DNA of 64,000 nucleotides from an uncultured candidate division Zixibacteria bacterium (GCA_963664195.1 OY760907.1:3616001-3680000), one strand, 5' to 3'; shown: positions 31,734-42,089, counted from the first letter of the stretch. Translations and numbers: made by a program. The notes: generated from the letters alone by a model not told the origin.

Positions 31734-34139
31734 TTACGGACAGGCAGGCAACGGATCAAGCGTGATGAATAGATGGCTGATGAGCACGGTCAGATCGCCC
31801 ATTGTCACCAAGCCATCCGCACTCATATCCACGTTCCCTTCCGTTACGCAGGCCAGCGGCTCCAGCGCTATGAACAGGTGGTCTATCAGTACCGTAAGGT
31901 CGCCCATCGTCACCAGGTTGTCAACGGATTCATCAACATTGCCGACCGAGGGCCCGGTACAGCAATCGCCGTTCTGGAAAACTTCCACATTGTCAACGTA
32001 CCAGCCCTCTTGAGTAGTGGCACCGTCAGTGCCGAACCGGAACATGAGCTGCACAACACCGGAGTACGCCGACAGGTCGAATGTCTCGGTCGACCAATCG
32101 ACCGTCCCCGAATAACAGGGTGTTCCAGGAGCAAACGAGCTGGCTGGATTGTCGATAATCGTGTACGGATAGCCGCCGACAGGGTGAATCTGGCTCCATT
32201 GGCCGTCAGTACCTGCGATCATTAGAATACCACCATCCCAGGCTGTACTGCCCGTGCCGACCTCGGCATCGATCCAATGCTCGAAAGTCAGACGTGCATT
32301 TGCGGGAAGCAGGAAGGGTGGAGTCATGAGGCCACCGTCAGACAGATCAACATAGTCCCCCAATCCCTGACTGCCGGACTTCCACGATGACGAACCGCTG
32401 AAAGCTCGTGCAGTGCTCAGATGCCACTCATCAGAATATGCCTGCAGCACTGACCGATGCCTCCAGAAACCCTCGCCGGATTCCATTTCATCGGAAAAGC
32501 CGCGCTGGTTGCCGACGAACAGGAGAACTGAATCGGTCGTCTGATAACCGCCGTCGGCGCTCAGTACGAGTTCAAACACGGCAATATGAGGATCGGGACA
32601 ACCGGCATCTATCGTAAAAACAAACGGCGCATCCGAGCCGGCCTGCTCTCCCCACAGAATCGGCGACCCGAAAGTCGCCTCCGCAGTTCCAAATGTAATG
32701 AACGGATCGTTGGTGACCAGATTCCCGGAAACAGAGCCGGCGTCCCATCCGTCGTTCTGGACCGTCATCGACAATTCGACGGTCTCGCCCGGCTGGGCGT
32801 ACCCGTTGCCATCAACCGAGAACCCCAATACAGATAGGACAGGTTCAGTCTGCGGGACAATGTGGGTAATCATAAACTCTTCGTCGGCCGGACAGATATC
32901 CCCCTCAATCCACCCGCAATAGAGACTGTCGAGCACAAACCAGGCGTTGAAATTGCCGCCCCAGCCGTAATTCATGTGGTATTCGTACAGCTCCCCGGAC
33001 TGACGATACCCGTCGGCCACGATTGAATGCAGATTGATCCGGTACTGGGCCGGCCGACCGTTGTCCACTTCCTCACGGATCAGATCAAACCATTCGGTCA
33101 GCGTGTAGTCGTTTCGGTCAACTCTGGTAACGGACTGACTGTACTTGAAGAATTCCGGCAGGATATTGACCGCACGGCCAACAGAGGCGCCGGAGCCGCA
33201 GAAACCATAGTCCATGGCGAAGGCAACGCCCACCTCGTAGCTCAACTCAGCCAGGGCAGCTTCCTGCGCAGCAGTACAGCCGCCATCGCAGGAATCGATA
33301 ATGTTGTCCCAGTCATATGCGTCGGAGAAATCAGCCGAAAGGTATTCGGAAACAGGAATCCCCTCACAGGAATTGTCTCCGTCCCAGGTGTAAGCATAGC
33401 TGCCGATACCGGAGGGGGGCCATTGCCAGAAATTCATGATCTGCACTAATGCCGTAGCCACACAACCCACCACGGTGCGCCCACCATCCCCCATAGGGCA
33501 CAAGTCATTGTAAGGCGCGCCCTGATGCCAGCTTGAAGTCAGCAAGGGGCCCGCCTCCACATCTTTCACGGACTTGCGCAGTGCCAGATCGTTGAGGAAT
33601 TCGTCTGAGGATTTGGTCATTTGATCCCATACGAGGCGTTGACCGTGCCCGAAGAGGGCTGGCCCGATAGCGGGCTGAACGGCCTCGAGCGAGCCGTATT
33701 CTTTGGCAAACAGGGACATCCGACTGGACAGCGATTCTCGAAGCAGGAGCAGGAATCCGCCCTCCTGGAGATCATCAAGAGCAGACTCATCGGAATAAGC
33801 CTTGACCGGCACCATTTCTTTGAGAGTCGGAACCACCACAAAACCACCGGAGGAAATCGTATATACCCTCGCCAGCAACGTGTCACCGGAAGTAATCTCA
33901 TCGACCTGAACAATATCAGGGTCTGTATCTCCGGCCCAAACGCCCCGTTCGTACACGTGCTGCATCATCCAGTTACGACAAACCTGCTCCATTTCGGCGT
34001 CTGTCGCCAGTTCAGCCTGCACCAACGGCGCGAGCAATACGGGAGACAGAAAAGCCAGCAACAACAGGGCGGCAATTGGCGATACAAACCGAAAAAGAGC
34101 TACCGGTTTGAGCGAATTGTATGGCATGGTCTGATGCAT
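31734..34139 (-). CDS. C10 (streptopain-like) cysteine peptidase with propeptide, accessory domains and C-terminal dockerin
   Basis: WHQGAPYN, GCVATA, HSIVADGY and HMNYGWGG; AGGAG RBS before ATG 34139. Confidence 0.9.
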   Translation of the reverse strand: MHQTMPYNSLKPVALFRFVSPIAALLLLAFLSPVLLAPLVQAELATDAEMEQVCRNWMMQHVYERGVWAGDTDPDIVQVDEITSGDTLLARVYTISSGGFVVVPTLKEMVPVKAYSDESALDDLQEGGFLLLLRESLSSRMSLFAKEYGSLEAVQPAIGPALFGHGQRLVWDQMTKSSDEFLNDLALRKSVKDVEAGPLLTSSWHQGAPYNDLCPMGDGGRTVVGCVATALVQIMNFWQWPPSGIGSYAYTWDGDNSCEGIPVSEYLSADFSDAYDWDNIIDSCDGGCTAAQEAALAELSYEVGVAFAMDYGFCGSGASVGRAVNILPEFFKYSQSVTRVDRNDYTLTEWFDLIREEVDNGRPAQYRINLHSIVADGYRQSGELYEYHMNYGWGGNFNAWFVLDSLYCGWIEGDICPADEEFMITHIVPQTEPVLSVLGFSVDGNGYAQPGETVELSMTVQNDGWDAGSVSGNLVTNDPFITFGTAEATFGSPILWGEQAGSDAPFVFTIDAGCPDPHIAVFELVLSADGGYQTTDSVLLFVGNQRGFSDEMESGEGFWRHRSVLQAYSDEWHLSTARAFSGSSSWKSGSQGLGDYVDLSDGGLMTPPFLLPANARLTFEHWIDAEVGTGSTAWDGGILMIAGTDGQWSQIHPVGGYPYTIIDNPASSFAPGTPCYSGTVDWSTETFDLSAYSGVVQLMFRFGTDGATTQEGWYVDNVEVFQNGDCCTGPSVGNVDESVDNLVTMGDLTVLIDHLFIALEPLACVTEGNVDMSADGLVTMGDLTVLISHLFITLDPLPACP

Positions 34140-34366
34140 AATTAACTCTCCTGAGATTGTCCTTTGGGGGGTATTGTCGGAACCTGGGTCCCGAGGCATG
34201 TCCTTCTTTTCAATATAGTGCAAAAACACGGTTTTCCATGAGAAAAACGTGTCCTGGTGCTTATATAGTTGACGCTGGAGGTCTGCTAGTTGTTTAGCAG
34301 TAGTTCGTGTTGACCGTTGAAAGTGACTATTCAAACAGAGGGATTGAGCAGCGGGCAAAAAAAAAG

Positions 34367-34438
<72 letters not shown>

Positions 34439-34443
34439 CAGAA

Positions 34444-34521
<78 letters not shown>

Positions 34522-34556
34522 CTAATCTATCATGTCTCCCTCAAGCGAGGGACTTC

Positions 34557-34584
34557 AATATATATCGCGATTCGGTCTTGTCAA
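34557..34584 (-). promoter_or_regulatory. sigma70 promoter of the tRNA pair
   Basis: TTGACA-N16-TATATT. Confidence 0.5.
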
Positions 34585-34674
34585 TAGAATTTGCATCGAC
34601 AGTTTTGTTTTTTGAATTAACCTAATCGACTCAGGCTCACACGATTCTGCGAGACCAACAATCCCCTGCTGCGC

Positions 34675-36150
34675 CTACTCAGCAACTACGGAATCGTAGA
34701 GCGCAGAGTACCTCGACGCCGAACTCGTCCACGAATAATCCTGCCGCATCCCGGCCTTCAGCAGTTTCACCCATAGTTGACGCCGCTTGAACAATTCAAC
34801 CGCCCGTTCCAGACCCTCAACAAACGCTTCTGCAGTATACTCCTCAAAGACAAACCCGGTACCCGTGCCCGAATCAGCATCATAGTCAACGACCGTGTCG
34901 GCCAAACCGCCAACCTTGCGCACCACCGGAACGGTACCGTACTTGAGAGCATACAGTTGATTAAGCCCACACGGTTCATACTTCGAGGGCATCAAATATA
35001 TATCAGATCCAGCCACTATAGAATGCGCCAGCTCATCGTTGAACTCAAGATAGACTTTCAGACGGTCAGGGTACTCGGCCTCAAGCTCCTTGAGAGCTTT
35101 GTGATACTCTTCGTCGCCGGTGCCGAGAATAATAAGCTGAAGACTCATGTCAAATACATCTTCCGCGGCCTCGACCAGCAGGTCGACGCCCTTCTGCGAG
35201 GTCAGCCTCGTTACCATACCGACCAGCGGCACTTTGTCCCGAATCGGCAAGCCGGCCTTGCCCATCAATTCCACTTTGCAGGTTCTTTTCCCCGACAGAT
35301 TGGAGAGATTGAATTTCGACGGTGTCTTTTTGTCTTTCTGCGGCGACCACAGGGTGTAATCAACTCCGTTGATGATGCCAGTCAGGTCTTCACTCCGGTC
35401 CGACAACACACCTTCGAGGCCACAGCCGAACTCATCATCGGACTGAATCTCCTCGGCATACTGTTCCGATACCGTGGTCACTTTGTCCGCCAGCATCACT
35501 CCGCCCTTGAGGAAATTAGTCTTCTCGTAAAACTCAAGCGCGCCCGTCATGGCATACATCAGCTCTTCCGGCAGGCCCAGCTTCTCAAACCGTTCCGCCT
35601 CGAACAGCCCCTGATAGCCAAGATTGTGAATCGTGAACACAGTCTTACAGTCGGCGAAAAACGGATCATCCTTGTACACGGACTTGAGGAGCACGACGAT
35701 TAGTGCCGCCTGCCAGTCATGGGCATGGATAACGTCCGGACGCCAATTGATGGCCTTCATTGCCTGCAGAGCAGCCCTGGCAAAAAACGCAAAACGGAGA
35801 TCATTGTCGACATAGTCATCACCGGTCTTCGGATCGATATAGAACTCGGGCCGCCCAAAAAACGCCTGATTGTCAACAAACAGATACTCGGCGCCATTCT
35901 TGGCGACCTCGGCTCGCTCAAGCATGGTCGAAACGACATTGCCGTCAATCTTCACCGCAAAAGGCTTCCCGTATCTTGAGATACCGAACCGCTTGCGATC
36001 AATTGTCCCGTAGCCGGGCACTACCACTTTGACTTGATGCCCCTGCCTCGCCAGCTCGCCCGGCAACGCCCCAAGGACATCGCCCAGACCGCCCGTACGG
36101 GCATAAGGACCCGCCTCGGATGAAACCATCAGGATTTTATGAAATGCCAT
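34675..36150 (-). CDS. glgA: glycogen/starch synthase (GT5)
   Basis: RTGGLGDV, IHAHDWQ, TIHNLGYQG, RLTSQKG and EPCGLNQ. Confidence 0.95.
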   Translation of the reverse strand: MAFHKILMVSSEAGPYARTGGLGDVLGALPGELARQGHQVKVVVPGYGTIDRKRFGISRYGKPFAVKIDGNVVSTMLERAEVAKNGAEYLFVDNQAFFGRPEFYIDPKTGDDYVDNDLRFAFFARAALQAMKAINWRPDVIHAHDWQAALIVVLLKSVYKDDPFFADCKTVFTIHNLGYQGLFEAERFEKLGLPEELMYAMTGALEFYEKTNFLKGGVMLADKVTTVSEQYAEEIQSDDEFGCGLEGVLSDRSEDLTGIINGVDYTLWSPQKDKKTPSKFNLSNLSGKRTCKVELMGKAGLPIRDKVPLVGMVTRLTSQKGVDLLVEAAEDVFDMSLQLIILGTGDEEYHKALKELEAEYPDRLKVYLEFNDELAHSIVAGSDIYLMPSKYEPCGLNQLYALKYGTVPVVRKVGGLADTVVDYDADSGTGTGFVFEEYTAEAFVEGLERAVELFKRRQLWVKLLKAGMRQDYSWTSSASRYSALYDSVVAE

Positions 36151-36154
36151 AGAT

Positions 36155-37192
36155 CTATCTTGCCACGCCCGGGGTTTTGCTGGATCGGTACTCGGAAGTA
36201 TCGATATTCCGAAGGAAATCGGCTGCTACTTCGGGCGCTGTCGGATTGATATAAAAACCAGACCCCCACTCGAATCCCGCCACCTTAGTCAATTTGGGAA
36301 TGATCTCCAGATGCCAGTGATAGTATTCGTGATGCTCGGTTCCCAGAGGGCGTGAATGCAGAATGTAATTAAAAGGAGGATTGTTCAGGGCCAGCTTGAT
36401 CCGCAACAACGTATCTTTCAGAGCTTTCGCCAACGTCAGGAACTCGACATCGGACATCTCCAGATAGCTCGACTGGTGTGATTTCGGGATAATCCAGGCC
36501 TCGAACGGAAATCTGGCCGCAAACGGCTCAAAGGCCACAAAAGCGTCATGATCCTTGATAATCCGCTCGTCATCGGTGATTTCCTGCCGGACGATATCGC
36601 AAAATATGCAGCGTTCTTTGAAATCGAAATACTTCCGCGCACCCTCGATCTGTTCTTCGACTCTTCGCGGCACAATCGGCGTCGCGATCAACTGACTGTG
36701 GGCATGTTCAAGAGATGCCCCGGCTTCCTCGCCGTGGTTCTTGAAGATCAGAATGTACTTGAACCGCATATCCCGCTCAAGGTCTGCCATCCGCTCACGA
36801 TACGCCCAGAGAACGTCGCGCACCTCGTGATCACTCATGTCAACCAGATCACGGTTGTGATCCGGGGTCTCGATGAACACTTCGTGAGCCCCGATGCCGT
36901 TCATCCGGTCATAGATACCTTGCGGTTGGCGATCCAGCTCGCCCTCGACTTTCAGCGCCGGGTATTTGTTGGAAATCACGCGAAGACGCCAGCCGGGACG
37001 GTTCGGCTCTGATCCGGGCTGACGGTACGCCAGAACCTCTGGCGGTGTTGCGTCCTCATTGCCCGGACAGAAAGGACAGCGGGCAGCTCCCTGGGCGCGG
37101 GTAACGGCAGCAAACGAGGAAGGACGCTTCCCCCGTTCAGTCGATATGATAACCCACCGGCCGGTGATGGGGTCTTTTCTCAGCTCTGGCAC
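36155..37192 (-). CDS. galT: GalT-family hexose-1-phosphate nucleotidyltransferase
   Basis: ELRKDP, CPFCPGNE, NKYPAL, GASLEHAHSQ, CIFCD and HWHLEI. Confidence 0.9.
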   Translation of the reverse strand: MPELRKDPITGRWVIISTERGKRPSSFAAVTRAQGAARCPFCPGNEDATPPEVLAYRQPGSEPNRPGWRLRVISNKYPALKVEGELDRQPQGIYDRMNGIGAHEVFIETPDHNRDLVDMSDHEVRDVLWAYRERMADLERDMRFKYILIFKNHGEEAGASLEHAHSQLIATPIVPRRVEEQIEGARKYFDFKERCIFCDIVRQEITDDERIIKDHDAFVAFEPFAARFPFEAWIIPKSHQSSYLEMSDVEFLTLAKALKDTLLRIKLALNNPPFNYILHSRPLGTEHHEYYHWHLEIIPKLTKVAGFEWGSGFYINPTAPEVAADFLRNIDTSEYRSSKTPGVAR

Positions 37193-37255
37193 ATTTTCCT
37201 CCGTCGGTTACCCAAACATAAACCGGACCGCATACCGTGTCAACAGTCAGATAGA

Positions 37256-38542
37256 CTACTCCGCAGGTTGAAATCTCAGTACTCCCTTGTCCGGACTCTG
37301 GCCGTCGGCAACGATTTGCAGTGCCTGCTCCTCGCTGGAGGACAACTTGACGTCACGCCGTTCGGCTGTACGGCGAGCGGTCTCAATCGCCTTGTCAAAA
37401 CGGTAGTCCTGGTAGCCGTCTGAGTTTCCCCACTGGAACGAGCCTACTTCCTTGTCAACGATCAGACCACCGCCAAACAGGTTGCAGCAGAGTCCGATGT
37501 TTATACCGGTATTCAACAGCGTGCCAATGCCGAACTTGGTGTGATCGCCGATAAACGATCCGACCTTGATCGAACCGGTGTCCAGGGACTCGCCGTTAAG
37601 TGTGACGCGTATGTTCGAGTAGTTGTTCTTCAGATCTGAATTGGTTGTCATGGCGCCGAAATTCACCCAGGAGCCCACGTAGCTGTGCCCGATGAATCCG
37701 GCGTGATACTTGTTCACATAAGAGTGGAAGATCGACTCCTCGACTTCTCCCCCGACACGACAGGTATGCCCAATTGACGACGCTTCCACTTTGCCGGCGA
37801 CGACGACAGAATTCGGTCCGACGTATGTCGGACCATAAATTGCCGCCTGCGGCTCAACTCTCGTATTGGCGCCTATATAAACTGGTCCGTGAGAAGCGTC
37901 GATCAACGCACCCGGTTTGACCTCGGCACCCGTTCCGAGAAAGATATCATCTCGATTGACGAGAATGCTGCCTTCATGCAGTCGAACCTGTTCCGAGGTT
38001 GGGAAATCGCGCCGGAGAAACTCGAAATCATCTCTGATCTCACGGTCGATATCGCCCATGATCTCCCAGCAGTGATGGTACAGCGTGGCCGTCGTATCGA
38101 AGTCCGGGATTTCTTCGGCATGTTCGACGTACGCCTTGACGTAGTCGAGCGGTGTAGCCATCGCCGGGACCTCCGAAGCAATCGACCGCTGAAACAGTAT
38201 GGCAACGGTCTGACCTTTGTTCCGATAAATGGTCGAAAGGCGTGCCTCGCTTACGAGTCTCGGAAGATCCCCGTAGTTACGAATACGCCCGTTGATAAAC
38301 AGGACATCGTCTTCCTTCTCGCGCTTGACGATATTCACCGGCAATTCAGTCGGTTCGGCGGCCACCAAGGACGCCAGATGCTCTCTCGCACCGAGATAGA
38401 GGCTGGCATCCTTGAAGTATCGGTCGGCGCGCCGGTACAGCGGCACAATACCTGCACGCATGCAATGCACCGGGCGAAGGTGCGTGATCGGATAGAACTG
38501 CTCGAACTTGTCGTCTTCATAAACACAGATTCTGAGGGACAT
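37256..38542 (-). CDS. GlmU-like putative sugar nucleotidyltransferase with hexapeptide repeats (FCB type)
   Basis: PITHLRP, NKYHAGFIGHSYVG.WVN.GA.TTNSDLKNNY. Confidence 0.85.
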   Translation of the reverse strand: MSLRICVYEDDKFEQFYPITHLRPVHCMRAGIVPLYRRADRYFKDASLYLGAREHLASLVAAEPTELPVNIVKREKEDDVLFINGRIRNYGDLPRLVSEARLSTIYRNKGQTVAILFQRSIASEVPAMATPLDYVKAYVEHAEEIPDFDTTATLYHHCWEIMGDIDREIRDDFEFLRRDFPTSEQVRLHEGSILVNRDDIFLGTGAEVKPGALIDASHGPVYIGANTRVEPQAAIYGPTYVGPNSVVVAGKVEASSIGHTCRVGGEVEESIFHSYVNKYHAGFIGHSYVGSWVNFGAMTTNSDLKNNYSNIRVTLNGESLDTGSIKVGSFIGDHTKFGIGTLLNTGINIGLCCNLFGGGLIVDKEVGSFQWGNSDGYQDYRFDKAIETARRTAERRDVKLSSSEEQALQIVADGQSPDKGVLRFQPAE

Positions 38543-38609
38543 CCTGCCTCCTGAAGAGTTTTCCGCATAGGTGGGTCTAGTCCTGTTATCGGCTGACAGC
38601 GCCGCTCGA

Positions 38610-39173
38610 TTAGCGCCGAACGCGCCAGCGTATCGCCAACTCATCGGCGGCCTTCCGCCCGGAGAGATGCTCGGTCAGTTGCAGGGCAAACCGCAGAGCT
38701 GCTCCAGGGCCACGTCCGGTGACAATGTTGTCGTCGACCGTAACCTCTTCGTCAGTGACGATAGCACCACCGGCTTTCAGTTTGTCATTGAATCCGGGAT
38801 CACCTGTTGCCCGACGGCCTTCGAGTATGTCAGCCGCCCCCGCCAGTACACATCCCGGTGAGGCGCAAATGGCCGCCACCAGCCGACGATCTTCGTAATG
38901 CCGCCGGACGATCTCCACTACTCGTTTATCATCTGCCAGCGCTTGAGCATTCAGCGCGCCGCCGGGTAACACAACACAATCGAACATCTGGTCCCCGACC
39001 TCGTCAAAAGTTGCATCGGGCAAGATAGTCGATCCATACGCCCCACGGATAGCACCTTGCTCCCGTGCTGCCACTGTCACCTTAACCCCGACTCGATTTA
39101 GTATGTCAACCGGCGTCACAGCCTCGATATCCTCGACGCCGTCGGCCATGATAATCAGCGCTGTCTTGCTCAT
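38610..39173 (-). CDS. DJ-1/YajL/PfpI family protein
   Basis: GVEDIEA, VVLPGG, AAICASP and TGRGPG. Confidence 0.92.
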   Translation of the reverse strand: MSKTALIIMADGVEDIEAVTPVDILNRVGVKVTVAAREQGAIRGAYGSTILPDATFDEVGDQMFDCVVLPGGALNAQALADDKRVVEIVRRHYEDRRLVAAICASPGCVLAGAADILEGRRATGDPGFNDKLKAGGAIVTDEEVTVDDNIVTGRGPGAALRFALQLTEHLSGRKAADELAIRWRVRR

Positions 39174-39260
39174 TGAGAACTCCGTCGAGCGATTATCTCT
39201 CAGTATTCCCTGCACAACTCAGACCACATGCTGCTCGGGACCTGGCATGCGACCCTCAGT

Positions 39261-39767
39261 TCACTCAAACAAGCCTTTGCGCCGACGCAACAACAGTAGT
39301 AGAGGCAGGCCAAGTAGATAGCAGGCAATCAACTGCCCAACACCAATCCACTGTACGGCAAGCCAGTAGTTCACGCCGATTATCGGTGCAAGATACGCGG
39401 AGACGCCAAACGCATTCAGTAACACCGGCGGCAGGGGAGCAAGGAAAAGCCCCAGACTATCGGGCTTCGCCAATCGGCTTTGAGAAAGATGATAGACCGC
39501 CCGTGTGAGAATGGCGGCCACCAACGTGATCAGGGATCCGAATACTATATCCTGCCAGCCGTTTCCTCCAAAGATGTTGGCCAGCATACAGCCAATAAAG
39601 AGACCCGGGATCGAAGCCCGGGTCAAAAACGGTAGAATGGTCAGCGCCTCGGCCACCCTGATCTGGTAGACACCAAACGATATCGGCGCCAGTGTCAACG
39701 TCAGGACGGCATACAGCGCGGCAACAAGTCCCGCCAGCGCAATATCTTTTAAGCTAAATGATTTCAC
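39261..39767 (-). CDS. queT: QueT-family queuosine precursor transporter
   Basis: AALYAVLT, QIRVAEAL.ILP, GLFIGC..AN and DIVFG. Confidence 0.88.
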   Translation of the reverse strand: MKSFSLKDIALAGLVAALYAVLTLTLAPISFGVYQIRVAEALTILPFLTRASIPGLFIGCMLANIFGGNGWQDIVFGSLITLVAAILTRAVYHLSQSRLAKPDSLGLFLAPLPPVLLNAFGVSAYLAPIIGVNYWLAVQWIGVGQLIACYLLGLPLLLLLRRRKGLFE

Positions 39768-39798
39768 TTAGCCACGAAAGTCGCCCCGGCGGGCCAAG

Positions 39799-40473
39799 TC
39801 AAACAGTTTTTTCCAGCGATTCCCTCTCCCCGGTTGCGATAGGCTCAGTCTCCAATCTCCGATCCATCGCAACATCCAGCTCGAGAACTTCGGCCAGACT
39901 CACCACTTCCGTACTCTCCGAGGCTGCCTCGGAGACGACAAGACCCACCCCGTGCGAGTCAATCTTGATCGCACGGGGTCGATACACACGACGCTCATTG
40001 AGCGCGTCTGCAGTCTTGATCACCACCAGTTGAGAGTTAACTCTTGCACGGCTGAACCGCTCAAGGTTATCGCTCTCGCTGGTATTCCCCCCGTCATCGG
40101 TCGCCGGCTCCGCCTGGAAGAAGCTGGCTCTACGGTCTCCGGGTTGCCCCCTCTGCTCCTCGTCTATTTTCTTGCTGATGCGCCCCAGCCGTTCGACAAA
40201 GAACGGGTACTTCATCAACGGATTGTGCGCGAGACAATACGCAACGATCTCTTTGTCGTCGATGTCACACCCGTTGGTGATCCCGGCGCCGGTGCCTCCT
40301 GCCCCACCACTGTCCGATGGATAACTCGGCATGTCCAACTTTGATAATGTGTTCAAGTAGCGATAGATAGTCCGCTGCGAGACTCCGCACGCGTCCGCCA
40401 TGTCGCGAACCGACACTACCTGCCGGTTCCTGATCAAACTGACCAATTGCATCAACCGTTCAACCTTAGCCAT
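39799..40473 (-). CDS. HTH_11 (YafY-like) regulator with short degenerate WYL-like C-terminus
   Basis: N-terminus ERLMQLV...CGVSQRTIYRYL is paralogous to the neighbouring WYL protein; C-terminal RRVYRPRAI...SLAEVLEL resembles WYL. Confidence 0.7.
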   Translation of the reverse strand: MAKVERLMQLVSLIRNRQVVSVRDMADACGVSQRTIYRYLNTLSKLDMPSYPSDSGGAGGTGAGITNGCDIDDKEIVAYCLAHNPLMKYPFFVERLGRISKKIDEEQRGQPGDRRASFFQAEPATDDGGNTSESDNLERFSRARVNSQLVVIKTADALNERRVYRPRAIKIDSHGVGLVVSEAASESTEVVSLAEVLELDVAMDRRLETEPIATGERESLEKTV

Positions 40474-40519
40474 AGATGCCCCCATGAGCTTCGCAAAACG
40501 TTTATTAAGTTCTTCTTGT

Positions 40520-40900
40520 TGTCAGTCTATCGGATGACCAAACCCGGCGCCAGGCGACAGTGAATTGTCTGCCGGGTCATTTTTCTTCTCTGTCTGTCGT
40601 GTGAATCGACTGTCACCCTGCCCCCCGGCGTCAGGGTGATTCAACCTGAGATGACAAAAAGCCACACGTTTCCCGTGACAGACCACAGAAGTTGTCATCG
40701 TACGCTGTCACACAGTGTCACTGCAACAGCCGCTGTCACACACCCTGTCACTCCAAGACAGTTTTTGACCGTGTGACGACTACTGTCAATACGTACGATC
40801 TCTCAGGTGTGTGTGAAAAAAGATATCCCTCCATTGTCAGGCCACGGGAGAATGATGAGATCGCATGCAACCGGGCGTGTGACAAATGCAGACAAGGACA
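40520..40900. repeat. dense array of TGTCA/TGACA pentamers (putative operator array)
   Basis: Exact copies at 40520, 40611, 40652, 40676, 40693, 40706, 40716, 40734, 40746, 40784, 40835 and 40880. Confidence 0.75.
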
Positions 40901-40901
40901 T

Positions 40902-41858
40902 CTAAGTACTGGCGTACATACCGAGTAGTCGACGCGCAACCTCGGCCAGTTCTCTTCGCATCTCGAGCGGAGCCAAAACCTCGGCCTCGTCCCCAAAACC
41001 AAGTATCCAACGAAGGATTTCTTCGTAGCCGTTGACGGTCACTCGATACCTCACGGTATGTTCGTTGACCGTCTCTATCTCCTCCCGGGGATGATGCACA
41101 CCGTTGGCCACCACACGCGCCGCTTTGCCACTGAACAACACCTCCACGTCAAAGGAATCACCGCCATACAGCCGCCAACTGCCGTCAAAATAGCTCTCGG
41201 CGTTCACATCTTTAGCTCTGGCGAAATACTCCCCGGTTGTTTGCACATCGCGCACGCGATCCACACGGAAAGTGCGAAGGTCCTCACGAAGACGGCAACG
41301 GGCCACAAAATAGAACGCCCGTCCGCGGAACACAATGAAGTACGGCTCCACCACACGATGCGTCATGCCGTGCTCAATGGTCTCGTAGTCCATCGCAACA
41401 CACGTCTGGTTGTTAACCGCATCCTCGATGATACCATAGATACGCTCAGGATTGCTGTGCGCCTGGGTGGTGTCGATGTCGATCCGTGCAACACTTCGTG
41501 CCGTCTTCTTCTTCTCTCTGGTGATATCCGACAATCCGGAATCAACCTTCGCCCGCACCTGCTTGAGCACCTCGGCATACTTGCCTGTCTCAGTCAGCGG
41601 CGAAGATTCGAGGGCAAGCTTCAGACAAGTGTACTCCTCGAAGTTGAAATTGAACGCCGGGAGGAAATTGTCAGAGGCCAGCTTGTAACCGTTGTCGTAG
41701 TAGATGGGGATATTGGCCTCGGACAGGCTTATGATATCCCGATAGATGGATCGCTCGGTCACCCCGCACTCTTCAGCCAGACGGGCAGCGTTCAGCGTCC
41801 GACGGCTTCTCAGCAGATTGAGGATATACAACAAGCGATCGTATTTTGTCATTCCCAT
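40902..41858 (-). CDS. YafY/PafB-family HTH-WYL-WCX transcriptional regulator
   Basis: CGVTERSIYRDI HTH; RVVEPY, FYFVA.C.LR...RTFRVDRV WYL domain; WILGFG..AEVLAP WCX. Confidence 0.95.
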   Translation of the reverse strand: MGMTKYDRLLYILNLLRSRRTLNAARLAEECGVTERSIYRDIISLSEANIPIYYDNGYKLASDNFLPAFNFNFEEYTCLKLALESSPLTETGKYAEVLKQVRAKVDSGLSDITREKKKTARSVARIDIDTTQAHSNPERIYGIIEDAVNNQTCVAMDYETIEHGMTHRVVEPYFIVFRGRAFYFVARCRLREDLRTFRVDRVRDVQTTGEYFARAKDVNAESYFDGSWRLYGGDSFDVEVLFSGKAARVVANGVHHPREEIETVNEHTVRYRVTVNGYEEILRWILGFGDEAEVLAPLEMRRELAEVARRLLGMYAST

Positions 41859-41885
41859 AGTTCGTTTTCCCGTGGCCCCGAGGAC

Positions 41886-41915
41886 AATATAGCATCTGGG
41901 ACGGGGCACAGTCAA
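41886..41915 (-). promoter_or_regulatory. sigma70-like promoter of the WYL gene
   Basis: TTGACT-N18-TATATT with an extended TG. Confidence 0.45.
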
Positions 41916-42027
41916 TATAGGGATTCTCCCATACTAATCTCGATTTCCCACCCCTCGAAAACGCGCCCACACGCCGCCGCCGAGCGTAACCGCATGTAAG
42001 CCCACAGATTACAGGCAGTTGTCGCCA

Positions 42028-42043
42028 CGGCATGCCGTTTGCC
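42028..42043 (+). promoter_or_regulatory. sigma54-like promoter
   Basis: CGGCATGCCGTTTGCC (GG-N10-GC) about 47 nt upstream of ATG 42090. Confidence 0.45.
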
Positions 42044-42089
42044 AATTGATTGGCAAAGCAAGGATGAAACGCCAGACGCAGGGGTGTAT

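Noticed and set aside
34777..35703. 308-aa plus-strand ORF
   Set aside because: Antisense to glgA.
39768..39798. preQ1 riboswitch expected upstream of queT
   Set aside because: The gap is only 31 nt and has no preQ1 consensus.
40520..40900. CRISPR array or oriC interpretation of the pentamer array
   Set aside because: No 23-47 bp repeats with regular spacers, no cas genes, no TTATCCACA DnaA boxes and no AT-rich unwinding element.
41058..41999. 313-aa plus-strand ORF
   Set aside because: Antisense to the WYL regulator.
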